Below, piece by piece: positions 11,241-23,480 of a stretch of DNA of 64,000 nt (position 1 is its first letter; every line of letters begins with the position of its first letter). Made by a program: the position numbers and the translations under genes. This DNA is from Hydrolagus affinis (lineage: Eukaryota), in assembly GCA_012026655.1 (NCBI GenBank), contig JAAILG010000673.1:1-64000 (forward strand), written 5' to 3'. The notes beneath the pieces are model-generated. The model had not been told where the DNA came from, did no database searches, and saw only the letters and a program-made list of their open reading frames with translations.

Positions 11241-12234
11241 GATTTATATCAGGGTTGGAAGGTTGAGTCTGTAAAACTAGGCACTTGTACATGTCTTAAA
11301 ACTCACAAGGTTGAAAAATGTGTTTAAAATGGGAGTAGCAAACACTTAAATAAAATGGAAACAGAAGCCTTGGGTCAGCAATTATTTCCAGGATGTCAGC
11401 ATTCAGTAGCAGAGTCTGTCCCTGCCTAATCTCCTTGGATTTAAAACAATGAAAGATTAAATTGTTTTATGGAGCTGATCAGACACAAGACATTCGTTCT
11501 TTCCCACTTTTATTTTTTTCAGAAAACCTAAAGCTTCTTTGGCTCATAAAATGATGAAATGAAATAGGGATCACAGATGTAGATTGCATGAAAGGAACTC
11601 AGTACTTTTGTACAACAGAAAAGGAACAGAAAAGGAACTTTTGTACAACAGAAGTTTTTATAATATATATATATAGTATATACATATAGAATTCATTAAT
11701 CATTAATCACTATGCTGGGTAGTGTAGGCTTTTCTCTATTCCTGCGCCCATCAATGTCTGAGGCAGAGGACAGTGGAAAATGGACAGTATTTATTGAAAT
11801 GTTGTCAAGTTTCTTCCATTGGAAATGACTCAATGGACAGTTAACTTCAACCCACTTGTCTTCCTCATTCCTGAAGAGGCTGGCATGTGTTTAGGCTTTA
11901 GCTATGCCCAGTGGTTCAATGCTCTGGCATTAAACCACCAGTCCTATATCATCTGTGACTGTACTTCTATCACCCTATTTTCCAGCTTGTCTATCTTACT
12001 TTGGAGTCTCCTCAAGTCCTTAGTCCTCTACTCATATTAATCCTGATCTATGTCTGGTTCCCCATTCCCTCAGTCTCGCCATCCAAAACTGCAGACATAA
12101 TGCAACATTATGTCTGAATTCTTACCCCAAATCGCTTTACCTTGCTCCTTCTCTTCCTGTTTTTAAAGAAAATCTTTCTGACAGCACATTTGGTCAATAT
12201 CTTCAGACTCCCCATCTTTCACACTTTACTCAGC

Positions 12235-12542
12235 AATAATAATAATAATAATCCTTGCATTTGATGTAGCACTGTTCACATCTTCTAGATGTCTCAAAGT
12301 ACTTCACAGAATATACTGTAAAGTGATTTGGCTATATATATGTGAGCCAAATGCCAATTTCACACAGAAAGTCCCACAAACAGTCATGGATTGAAGTGAC
12401 CAATTTATTATTTTTTTTGAGGGGGGATTATTATCAGGCATGTGGAGTAAGGAAACTTGGCCAAGGCTTTGCCCTGCCTGGAATTGAACACAGGTCTCTC
12501 GCTTGTAAGATGAGTGTTCTAGCCACTGAGCTACAGAACACC
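12235..12542 (-). mobile_element. Full-length tRNA-derived SINE, short subfamily
   Basis: The reverse complement matches 3558-3870 from the head (GGTGTTCTGTAGCTCAGTGG) to the (AAT)n tail. Confidence 0.9.
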
Positions 12543-15500
12543 ATAGTTCCTATTACCTGCATAAAGCATGTGAACTTTGCACCTAGCAATTAAATTGTGA
12601 GATGCTTTATAAGTCCAATTTATATTTGTTTTGGTCCTCAGGAATCTCTTGGAAATCTTTATTGTTTGTCTTGCCTCATTTGCCTATTGTACATGAGCTT
12701 CGTATGCCCGGAAACCACCCATGTTGTTATCCGCTGGTTTTGGTAATTGTGCAAATTGTCATTTTGGACAAAATTAGTAATTAGGGGTAATAATGTCTCA
12801 AAAAAAAGAAATTTGGTCACCCAATCCATGTCTGTTTTGGGACACTGCTGTGCACAATTTGGCGGCCGTGTTTAGCCCACAAACTTTACAATTCTGTGAA
12901 GGGCCTTGAAACTTCTCAATGGCGTGAAATTGTTCACAACAGAGATTATTTGTGCAATGCTTGTATTTGGCGATAGTGCTTAATTTGTTATTGTTAGTGC
13001 AAAACTGCACCAGTACGATGTACTTCGGAATCTGCAACGCCAGTAGAATAAACCACAGATTGCAACACATCTGCAGCCCATATAACAATCCATATGCTCG
13101 TAATAATCTGACAAGCAGTTTTTTGTGGGGGGTTCAAAGCATCTACTTTCCTTTGTTCTCCCTCAGTTTCCTTTGTTGTCTTTTTTTCCCTCTCCTGGCC
13201 ATTACTTCATTAAACTCTTAATTCCTTTCTTTTGGCAAAACATTCATATTCTTTCCCATTTTCACTATAGTAGTTTTCATTTCCCTCTGCCCCGACCAAT
13301 CCACCAGCCCCTCCCCCATCTTCCAAACCCTATCCCCTGCTCTCCAACTGCCTGCTCCAAACTGTTTCCTCTTTAGCCCTCTAACTTTCAATTTCCTTGT
13401 CTCACTCTCATAAACACAAAAGGCCTACAGAGACACCAAGGGAGATCAAGAGTGACAGAAGGCTAGAGGGGCCATGGGTGGTCTGGACATCACAAGGCAG
13501 GAGACAGAGTGCTGCACAGGAATGATTGAAGCTGGCAGCAGTCAAAGCTTCAGGGATCACAGACTTCACCAGAACTGCCTCCACAGCCAGTCCCACTCTG
13601 CCTTATATTCCTCCCGCATTCAGTCTCCTTCACTTCGAACAGACCTCTTCTCCATCCTGCCTCTTTCTCACGCGCTCTCGCTAAAAGCTGACTGAAGGTG
13701 TGAGGCTTAAACCCACATACTCCTGACTCAGAGGCAAGATTGCTGTCAACTGACTCAGGCTGACACTGCAATTCATTATTATTACTACCACCTAAGCTAC
13801 AAACTACCCAGTCACTTCGCTTTACAGTATATTCCGTGAAACACTTTGAGTCAACAACCACTTGCATTTATTTAGCGCACTTCACACTGCTTACCATCTC
13901 ATCGATGTGATAAGGCTCTATATCAAATACTGAACAAGGAATATCATGTTATGATCAATTAACAGTGAATAGAGCTTGCAGATGGTCGAGGGAAATAGCA
14001 TCATTTATTTTATATAAGATTCTTTGCTGCTTTATTTCTGTAAAACAAGATTGAATACTACAAATTGGAATTAGCAGAGGGACAAGTTACTTGTGTCTTT
14101 TTGTGTGCTGAACATTTCTATGATTCAAACCGTGTATGTTCAACAATTCCCCCAGCTTGTGCTGTGCCAGGCTTTTGTCCCCTAAGAACTTTATTGCATG
14201 GCTCTTATACAGCATTCAATACTTCCAGGGATTGGAACAATACCGAGTAAACTGTCTCCAAAAGTTACGTAAACCATATGCACAATGTTCAGTTTTATTT
14301 CTCTTTTAAATTCTGTGTGTTTAGTAGTGTTTGCTAATTGTTCTCTTGGGCCATATTATTTACCTTCTTGAGAACAAGCGATTGCCTGTTACCAGCAGAG
14401 AGGTGAGGTGCCTGGCTTGTTACTCTACTCCCTGTTGCCTCTCTGGACACTTGCACCATTGCCAGTCATTGCTTGGACACTAGCGCGGTGTGCAAGAAAC
14501 TGATGCCAAAATTAGCTAAAAGAGTTTGAGGGATGAATGGTCTGAATTAAAGCAAAAACATAACTGATCGAAGGGAGCTTTGTTTCATTAAGGAGAATGT
14601 ATTTCTTCTGCATACATACAGATAGAAAGGCACAAACGTGCTGAATAGGGCAAAATGCCGGAGTTTACACTGTTGGGACAACTTTATTGTGCAAAATGAA
14701 ATACTGCATTACTGTGAGCTTCTAAAGTCAATCCAAAACTCCAGATTTTGTTAAAATCTCTTCACAAATCTCCCTGCAAAGTATCTATGTTAAGACTGTC
14801 AGTAAGAATAATATTAGATTTCTTGATTCCTAATTCACCCCCCACCCAATCACATACACCCACACACACACTTCCACGTTTATTACATTTAACCAACGTT
14901 AATAAAGTCGGCAAATACAATGGCATTAATTGAGCGCTATACAGTCTGTGCGTGTGTTCCCACCCTGTAATCTGTACATTTTCTCTCTGAGTACAAAATA
15001 TTTTGGGTTTCTTGTTTAAATAGTTGTCTTGCAGCCCTGGAAGTCAACTCCTAACGGTCCAATAATTATTTTTGTTGCATTGGGAATCTTCAAAACCCTT
15101 GACAGTATCTACCAGATAAAGGTATCCTTTTATGGTCTTCCACCAAGGGTTTATTCACGATCACCTTGTCTCCTCTCAATCTATCATATAGACTAGTCTC
15201 CTCTCAGTCTCTCACATCACTCCTTAATTCCCTCAAATCTTTCCGTCCTTCTACAATCCCCATTGCCCTACGAAACATGGACTTGATCACTTAAATTCTC
15301 AACAACAAAATATAATCCGGAGGTCAAATGTACTCTGGAAGATTTCACATTACATTTGGATACAGTAAATTGTTTTGCAATGATATTAGTTTCGAAGGAC
15401 AGTGACATTTTTTAACCTTTAGTTCTCTGTGTTTATGCTTCCAGAGGTCGATGCCTTCGTTCTTATTCAAATAGAAAGATTGCTACTGATCCCACAGTCA

Positions 15501-16932
15501 TCTAACCACATTGTCCAGAGCAGATACCTGGACGCCAAAGCACAGGACGTTTTAAATGGATGGAACAGCATGCACCAAATTGGCAATGAATGTGGTGCGC
15601 TCTACTGTAGGAAAGCAACACTGAGAAAATTCAAAGGTTGATAAAGAGTCTTTGTCCCAGTCTTACTTAACATAAAGGGAATATTTTTGATAGAGCGTAC
15701 AGTGGAAATCATCGTGAGGATATTGCCAATTCTCCCGCAGTTCTTTTTTGTTTAAAGCGGAATCTGTGACAGAACACTTCATTATAATGCTTTGACGGCT
15801 CCCTGCTTGATCCTTGTCCAGCTGGAAAGTAATGGACCTCATCAGCATCTTTTGAGCTGAGGGTGTCTTTTTATTCTTGCCCAAAGAACTTTGTGTGAGT
15901 TTCTCCAGATCTTCCATTCAGTTCGCTAAGTAAAGTATCCGAAGGATGCCAAGTTTGGTTTGGAAATTAAAAAGTATTCCTTCTCTCTCTTTCTCCCTCC
16001 TCTCTCTTCTCATCTGTTATTGGAAAGAACTGGTAATTTGTAACAAGGGATACCAGCACTTTATGTCCATGGGTGTCTGCCAGTTCTTTGTAAAATAAAT
16101 AAAACTCATGAGTCTACCAGGCTGGAGATGTCAAATACAGGTAGAACAAAAAAATACATATTTCCACATTTAAGGTGAACCAGTGATCACAGATACCACC
16201 ACAAAACTTTGCAGTGTAAATGCTTGCAATGGGACAAAATTCTTTATTCCCTTTCTTTCTCCCCGCCCCATGTTTGCTGCAAGTTGTTGATTGCTCATGT
16301 TGGAAGCATTTACGCAATCGATGCTGATATATTTAGATTCAGATTGTTATCTGCATGATTCGTTGAAGAGAAAACTTGATACTCATGCAAGGGGAGGAAG
16401 GAAATAGGAGAGGTCGGGGCTCATTTGGAGTATGTACACCAGCATTGACTGGTCTCAATTGCCTGTTTAAATCTCTATCTCTGTACCACGCTATGTAACT
16501 CTATGATCTTTTTGGAGCATCCCAGAACTAGGGAGCCTGTTTTTATTTAATATATATTTAAAAAAAAGTTTGGACAAAACAAAGAGAAAAGCGTGCCCAT
16601 TGAAAAGATCTTTTAGTAAATTAAATCAGTGAGTGCCCATTTGCAGTGAACATTTTGTCTTTCCAACAGCGTAGACTCAGCTCTTTCTCCCCCACCCCCA
16701 GCGCCTCTACTTTGATTAACAGAGAATATCAATTTGACAATATTGATTTCTGAAATCATACAATTCCTGGTTCATAAATGGCTTTCGTTTGGCTTATATC
16801 AGTACTTATTAATAGGCGTTTTTGCAATTGTTAGCATCTCACTATTGCTCAAAGGTTTCTAGAGAGGATAAGGAATGGATCTGCACTCTGCCTCCATCTC
16901 TGAGAGAACTCAAAACAACCAGAGTACATGAC

Positions 16933-16936
<4 letters not shown>

Positions 16937-16966
<30 letters not shown>

Positions 16967-17004
16967 CTGACTGACTGACGGACGGACGGACGGACAGATT
17001 GATT
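16937..17004. repeat. Compound microsatellite (GATT)7(GACT)3(GACG)4(GACA)(GATT)2
   Basis: Read directly from the sequence. Confidence 0.95.
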
Positions 17005-17019
17005 CAGAACAAATCTATG

Positions 17020-17250
17020 GAAAGACTATTTCAGTGAGCAAGTAGTAAACCTGTGGAACAAGCTCCCTAGGGAGACGGTCGAAGCAGGTAGTGTTGATTC
17101 TTTCAAACACAGATAAGATAGTTTTCTATTAGGAAATAACATTATGGGATATAATACATAGATGGTTTGGGACATATGTGATGTGACCGCCAGGAAGGTG
17201 GAATGCGAAAGTGGTCCTTTTTTCGCCTAGCATTTCTTATGTTCTTATCT
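17020..17250 (+). mobile_element. CR1 LINE 3' fragment
   Basis: Translates to YFSEQVVNLWNKLPRETVEAGSVDSFK, the typical CR1 ORF2 C-terminal motif (V.LWN.LP...VEA.S...FK). Confidence 0.8.
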
Positions 17251-17629
17251 GGTAAAGGGCAACATTGTGCTATAATCCCTTTAAACAAAAGATGTGTTGG
17301 TTCATAATTTATAACAAAACCTGGATTACTGGACGAAATAAAATACACCACTTTTTACAGCATATACAACATATTTATGGTTATATTATTTCAACATCAT
17401 TGCTGATGTTGGTCAGTTTAGTTGTTATTTCCTCAATTGAAAGATCCACAATTGAAAGTGCAGGAAAGTTGTAAAATGGCAACGCAATTCAAAAGATTTT
17501 ATTGCACTGTTTTGTCCACATGTTTACTATGAACCTATAACCTTCTGACTCAGAACCAGGAGTCATACCAACTGAGCCAAACAGAATCCAAAGTAATTCT
17601 TTCACATCAATCAATCAAGATCACTTTCA

Positions 17630-17792
17630 CTCAATCCTCCATTGTTTTGGGGACACAGTTGTGCGCAATTGGCTGGCACATTTCGCCCACAAAATATACA
17701 GTCAATTCACTTTACAGTATATTCCGTGAAGCGCTTTGAAACATCTCAACAATGTGATAAGGGACTATACCAATTGTAAGGACTATTATTAT
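17630..17792 (+). mobile_element. 5'-truncated SINE copy
   Basis: GCGCAATTGGCTGG...CAGTCAATTCACTTTACAGTATATTCCGTGAAGCGCTTTGA, followed by an (ATT)n tail. Confidence 0.8.
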
Positions 17793-18572
17793 ATCGGGAG
17801 ACAAATTTGCAAATGTATAATGTGACTAATTGGATAGTTACCTCTCTTTCCTATTATACTGTGAGGGACCTAATTTGACATTTCTTTGGAAGTACTTGGC
17901 AACTGTAAGACAAAGTCCCAAAACGAGGATTTACATTAAACCTGATGGGCTGTGGATTAATGATTGCTTTAATGCTGGTCACAAAATATTTAGCCCCATG
18001 ACCAAATCTTACATCAAAATGTACATTTACATTATTGCAGTAAAATATCGCTGAAAACGTCAGTATTTACTGCCTTACTAAGTCATTGTACAATGGGCGG
18101 TTAATTGTTAAAAAATAGTTTGAAATACACTACAATTTATATTTATTTTGTCTTTCTCTTTGGGAGGATGTATCAAAATAGTTTTGTACTGCTGCCTCAG
18201 CAGCCAAGCTGGGGGGAAGGTACTGGGGGGAAGCTAAAGATAACTAAAAGTGCAGTCAAAGAGGCAAATCTTGAAGTGGGCTTTGACAATGGGGATGGAT
18301 GAGACTAATCGGGGGGAATCTTGGTTGGCATATGAGAATATAAATTCAGGTTGCCAAAACATTGACTTGTCTAATCAACATTATCCGTTTTTTTTATATT
18401 TGGTTATATAACATATTGTTTACGTGAAGTCTACTTGAGGGAGTTGTAAGATTTGTAGGAAGAAAACTTCCATGAAGGAGTGTTAATTGTAATTTATTCT
18501 ATGGCTGGTAAATAGTCTGGCTCAGTTGATAGCTTTCTTACCTCCAGGTTTGAGTTCAAGACTATGTACTGC

Positions 18573-18867
18573 AATAATAATAATCTTTGCATTTTGATAA
18601 AGCGCTTTTCACATCTTCTAGACGTCTCAAAGCGATTCACAGAATACACTGTAAAGTGAATTGACTGTATATTTGTGGGTGAAATGCAGCAGCTAATTGT
18701 GCACAGCAGTGCCCCACAAACAGGTGTGGATTGAAATGACCAATTTTATTATTGTGTTTTTTTAAGGGATTATTATTAGGCGTGTGTAGTAAGGAAACTT
18801 GCCCAAGGTTTCGCCCTGAACTGCCTGGATTCGAACACAGATCTTACGCTTGTATATATTAGGACTC
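18573..18867 (-). mobile_element. tRNA-derived SINE, short subfamily, with a small deletion in the head
   Basis: The reverse complement matches 3558-3870, but the A-box segment is missing. Confidence 0.88.
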
Positions 18868-18879
18868 TGAGGTCACAGT

Positions 18880-19190
18880 GTAGGCTGACACTGCTCCAAT
18901 TGCAGTGCTGGGGGAAGTGTTGTAATTTTGGAGGTGTTGTCCTTACTCAGAGACGCCTCATGAGATGCTTTGGGTGAAATTTAAAGATCCAGTGGCACTA
19001 TTTGAGAAGAGAAGGGAATTTCTTCTGGTGTCCTGGTCAACAGTACCCCAGATAAATTGCTAACTTCATAGCTGTTTGTGGGACCTGCTGTGCACAAATT
19101 GTCAGTCGCGTTTGCGTACAAAATAAACAGTTTCTAACACTTACCTGTGAAGTGCTCCGAGACATTTTGATGTCACCAGCAGTGTATCAA
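18880..19190 (+). mobile_element. Older Deu-domain SINE (SacSINE1/AmnSINE1-like body)
   Basis: TTAAAGATCC.GTGGCACTATTTGAGAAGAGAAGGGAATTTCTTCTGGTGTCCTGGTCAAC...GCTGTTTGTGGGACCTGCTGTGCACAAATTG matches the Deu domain as I recall it. Confidence 0.78.
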
Positions 19191-20019
19191 ACATATATAT
19201 GAATTGTTTAATGGGTTTTTTTCACCACTTCAATTTTTCTCAAATAAACTCAATGCTGCACAGCAACTTTGGTGCTTTGTCAAAACTCTTCCTCATGTGT
19301 CCAATTGTCAGATTTACATTAAAAACCTTTGGGCTGACAACTTAAAGACTTCCATTCCAGCTTTCTGTAGATCGCACAGAGCCTTATTTCCAACTCTGGG
19401 CATCTGCCTTCAGACTTGCACTTTCACAGACTCGTCGAATTGTGTTTCCAAAGGGGAAAAGTAGCCAATGATTTGATTCAAGATGGAATAGAACTTTTTA
19501 TTTCAAAATACTGTCTACTGGCTGAACCTTCTTGATGTGAAGCTACCATTCCTGCCCTCCACCTCTCTTGATCTCAACCCCCAGCTAATTGTCTTGGAAC
19601 ATCCTCCCAACATGAAAGGCGCTATAGAGATGTAATTTATTGTTGTCGTGGTAGGCTAAAAAATGGCAAATGGAGACCTGTTAGGAAGGAACTAAACCTC
19701 AAAATTTCTAAGCTATCCCTCATTCAATCAGATAGATTGTTGACAAAAGAATGTCCGTGCATTCCCTCCCATCCCCCTCCCCCACTCATGCCTTGCCCTT
19801 ACCTGGCGTCTCTGGGTTGCTTTATTCTCACTGTCAAGTAGTTGCAAACTTTGCAGCTGTCTAGGCTTTGTCTCCAGCAAATGTTTATTAAGCAAAGACA
19901 TTATTTTATTGGTTTAGAACATGTACCTATCAATTGCTGCTTTATGTTTCAGGAAAGGTCTGGAAACTGCCTCTGAAAGCTCAATGGAACACATCATAAG
20001 TACAATTTCAAACAATACT

Positions 20020-20300
20020 AATAATCTTTGCATAGCACCTTTTGGGAGGAGATTTCAAAGCACTTCACAGGGTGTACCATAGTGGAGTGACTGTGTGCTT
20101 GTGGCTGAACATTACGCAGCACAATTTCCCACAAACAGCTGTGAGGTGAAGTGAATGACCAGTTTAACTGGGGAATTTTCATGGGCACGAAACTCCCTTT
20201 TCAAATGCTGCTTCCGGATCCTTAACATCCACCTGAACAGGCAGATGGAACTCGGTTTAACATTTCATCTGAAGAAAGGCGTCTCCGACAATACAGCGGC
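20020..20300 (-). mobile_element. Older Deu-domain SINE fragment
   Basis: GGATCCTTAACATCCACCTGAACAGGCAGATGG...GGTTTAACATTTCATCTGAAG, plus the shared tail. Confidence 0.75.
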
Positions 20301-21189
20301 AACTGTTAATTCAGACGTGTACAAGGTTGGCTTTCATGAGCGTGGATTATTCATCCTGGAAAATTACTGAACCACATTGAACCATCTCTCTTTTTATCTA
20401 AGCAGTCAAACTTTTTCATTTGATGTACACCTTTTATACCCTTGGGCTGGGTCTAAGTTTTTACTTTTTTCTTCCAGTTAGTTTGATGTTGGGGTGGAGT
20501 CGGGGGTAGCGAGTGAGGGAGGGTGATTGGAGAAACTGTTTGATTTCTTTGTGACTTGATCCTGTTTTTTAGCTGGTTTGACTTTTATCTTTCGATTCTT
20601 TTCCTGAAGCTCATTAAAACCCTATGGACTCCAGGTTCTGACGGTGGCTTCCACTTTACTGAGTAACATTAAAATTCAACGAGCACAATGCAACTGCAGC
20701 AGTTTTTTTATATGGCAAAATAATAAGTACGGGGACATTTTTCAAAATTATTTCCTGGAACCTGTAATGGAGTTCTGTCCTTCATTTTCTGATTGCTTTC
20801 CATGGGCCACTGCCAGTCACTACACTTACAGTGAAGCCCAGTGAAGAATTTTGAGATGTTTCAATTATATTTATCAGATTCAGGGGTTATTAATTTTATA
20901 TTTATCGAAAGGAGAAGGGGATTTCTCCTGGGTATCCCGGCCAATAATACCCAGATAATACTGGTCTTTTCGTAGTTATGCAATTGAATGCCGAGCGAGG
21001 GAGGAGGGAGGCTACCATACATCACAGCGCTCACGGATGTTGCCGAGTGAGAGACAGATATGTAAGCAACAGCAGATACGAAGGTTGCATTTGGCAGATA
21101 AATGGATAAAGTGCATTAGTTACTCAAGGCAATTTTATTGATAATTGCATTAAATCTTATTTAATCCTTGTATTCAAATATAGATATAA

Positions 21190-21445
21190 TTACATAGAAT
21201 TTAATGTACTGAGGGATTCTATTTAACTCAACTAATCCATGCTGTTGTTTATACCTCACACGAGCCTCCACCCAATTTAATCCCCCCCCTACCCATCCCT
21301 CACCTCCACCCTTCTTTCTTGTATATGACTCAAATTTCCTCTTCAATGCATTGATGTTTTTCTGCTTCGCAGCTTATGGCATTGAGCCCCTGCATTCGCA
21401 CCACCATGTGTGTGAAGACATTCCTCCTGAACTCCCGTTAGATCT
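21190..21445 (-). mobile_element. CR1 LINE 3' fragment
   Basis: Begins ACATAGAATTT (terminal repeat, reverse strand) and contains TTCCTCTTCAATGCAT...CACCACCATGTGTGTGAAGACATTCCTCCTGA. Confidence 0.65.
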
Positions 21446-22365
21446 GTTTATGCTACTGGTTAGATTGTAGGGTGGATAAGAAACCTATATTCCATTACTG
21501 ACTGATTGGTAATGAATGGTTTGAAGTGCATAACTGCATCTATGTGACGACCATGCATTTGCACTGTTCGCTGATAGCCTGTCAAAACAGAGACCTCAGC
21601 ATTTATAATCGCAAGCTCTGGCTACTCACAGGTTGGCTCATAGTTAATGTGACCCATCCGGTTTAGCGGGTGCAAGAAATCATGCATCGTCCATCCGTAA
21701 CCTGGGAACAAAGCTATGAAAATGTGTGGACTTGACAAGATTTGTGTAAAAAACCTCTTATTTTATTACCGTCTGCTTGGCTGAGTCCCACGCATGGGGT
21801 AGCGAGCGGATCTGTCCATGGAGCTGGAAAGAGAGACTGAAAAATTACCACCTGCAAATGGTATTACTCTATGGTCTGCTAGGCTGTACAGTGTGCAGTG
21901 TAGCGAGAGCTCAGGCAGCACTGGAAATACATATCGGAGGTGTGCTCGTGGAGTTAGACACAGTGTGTGAAGAATCAGCCTTTTTGCAGGGCTGCCTGTG
22001 GAGGCTTTTGTTTTACTGAGAGGACAGGTAATGAGGTTTAGACAGGTTTACAAAACTGAACGAGGGAAAGGTGAAAAATGCACTGCTATTTTACTGTCAT
22101 TTAGATTGCAACATTTGGCCCCTGGATCAGTCTATTACATGGAACAGACTGACCGTGACTGAGAGAATTAAAGTGTTTTAATTCCCGAGGCACAGATTAA
22201 ATGGTGATATCGTGACATGGAAACGATTGTGTGATACGAACAGTTCCACCTGATCTTTCCATTCAGGACTGCACGTGAGCATGCGAGCACCCCTCTTCAC
22301 AAAGTGTGGGTTCAAATATTGTTGCTACTTGACCACATAGACTAACCTGATGCTGCAAGGGGAAT

Positions 22366-23220
22366 AACAACAGCGACAACAACAACATCACACTTGTATA
22401 GCGTCTTTCACATCAGGAGGACGTCCCAGGGCACTGGACAGCCATTGTTTCAGACCCGAGCTGGGGTCGGGGACGGGGAGGGTGGAGGGAAAGGGGGGAT
22501 TTGGTGTGACCAATGGGACCTTGAAGAGGAGGGGCTTGAGAAATAAAAAAAGGCAGTTTCTCCCAGTGTCCTTGCCAACAAATTCACGTGTGAAATTCAC
22601 CACTCATTTTACCTTTGTTTGTGACAGTGCTGTGTATAAATTGGCTGGCACTTTTGCCTAGAAATAATAATAATAATAAACCTTGCATTTGATATAGCGC
22701 TGTGTCACTTCTATGAAACGTCTCAAAGCGCTTCAAGGAATATATTGCAAATGCAGTAACTGTATATTTAGTGTGTGCTAGGGCAAAACCCAGAGTGGTG
22801 GAAAGGTGTGAAATAATAATAATAATAATAATTACTGGCAAATACACAGTCACTACACTTTACAATAAAATCCTGTGTAGTGCTTTGAGATATGCACCCA
22901 GTGTTTATTGTACAGTATTATTATTATTGTACTGGGAGGGGATTTCCAGTGGTGTAATTCCCTCCCAGGGCCCATGGGATAAGGCAATAAAACCTCATTT
23001 ATTGAGCTTGTTGGTAAAGATCCCATGGCACTCTTCAAAAAGAGAAGGGAACTTTTCCTAATGTCCTGGCTAACAACTGCCCAGAGAAATTACCATTCAG
23101 GTGTGTTCTATCAAAATGTATGATGCATTTGCCAGCAAATGCAAAGTGATAATCATTATTGTAAAGCAGCACTCTCAGATGTTTCAATGGTTATAGGTGA
23201 ATAAGAATACAAGTTTTTAT
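22366..23220. mobile_element. Cluster of nested L2 and SINE fragments
   Basis: L2 tail on - (22366-22530), a Deu-SINE on + interrupted at about 22661-22830 by a - strand SINE tail, and a second Deu-SINE on + (22990-23220). Confidence 0.72.
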
Positions 23221-23294
23221 TTTTCTCCTCTCTACAATGTACATTCCTCCCTCAATACCTTCAATCATAAGTCACGCACAATGAGCAAGGTAAG

Positions 23295-23480
23295 ATAACT
23301 TAGGGATTTCATAGCTTTTTTTAACTGGAACTGTGAAGATTGAGGGATGAACTGATAGAAATCTTTGAGATAAATGAAGGATTTATGACGGGTAAATATC
23401 AATAGGTTATTTCCTCTGATTGGCAGCTCAGTAATGAGGGGGTACAGATTTAAGATGATGTAAGTAGAGGTTAGAGAAAA
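23295..23480 (+). mobile_element. CR1 LINE ORF2 3' fragment
   Basis: GAAGATTGAGGGATGAACTGATAGAAATCTTTGAGATA...TTATTTCCTCTG...TGAGGGGGTACAGATTTAAGAT is a decayed RLRGDLIEVFKI...LFPL...RGHRFK. Confidence 0.7.

Noticed and set aside
13400-13600. LINE reverse-transcriptase fragment on - (LLISLGVSVG resembling LVLLDLSAAF)
   Set aside because: The similarity is too weak to call without an alignment.
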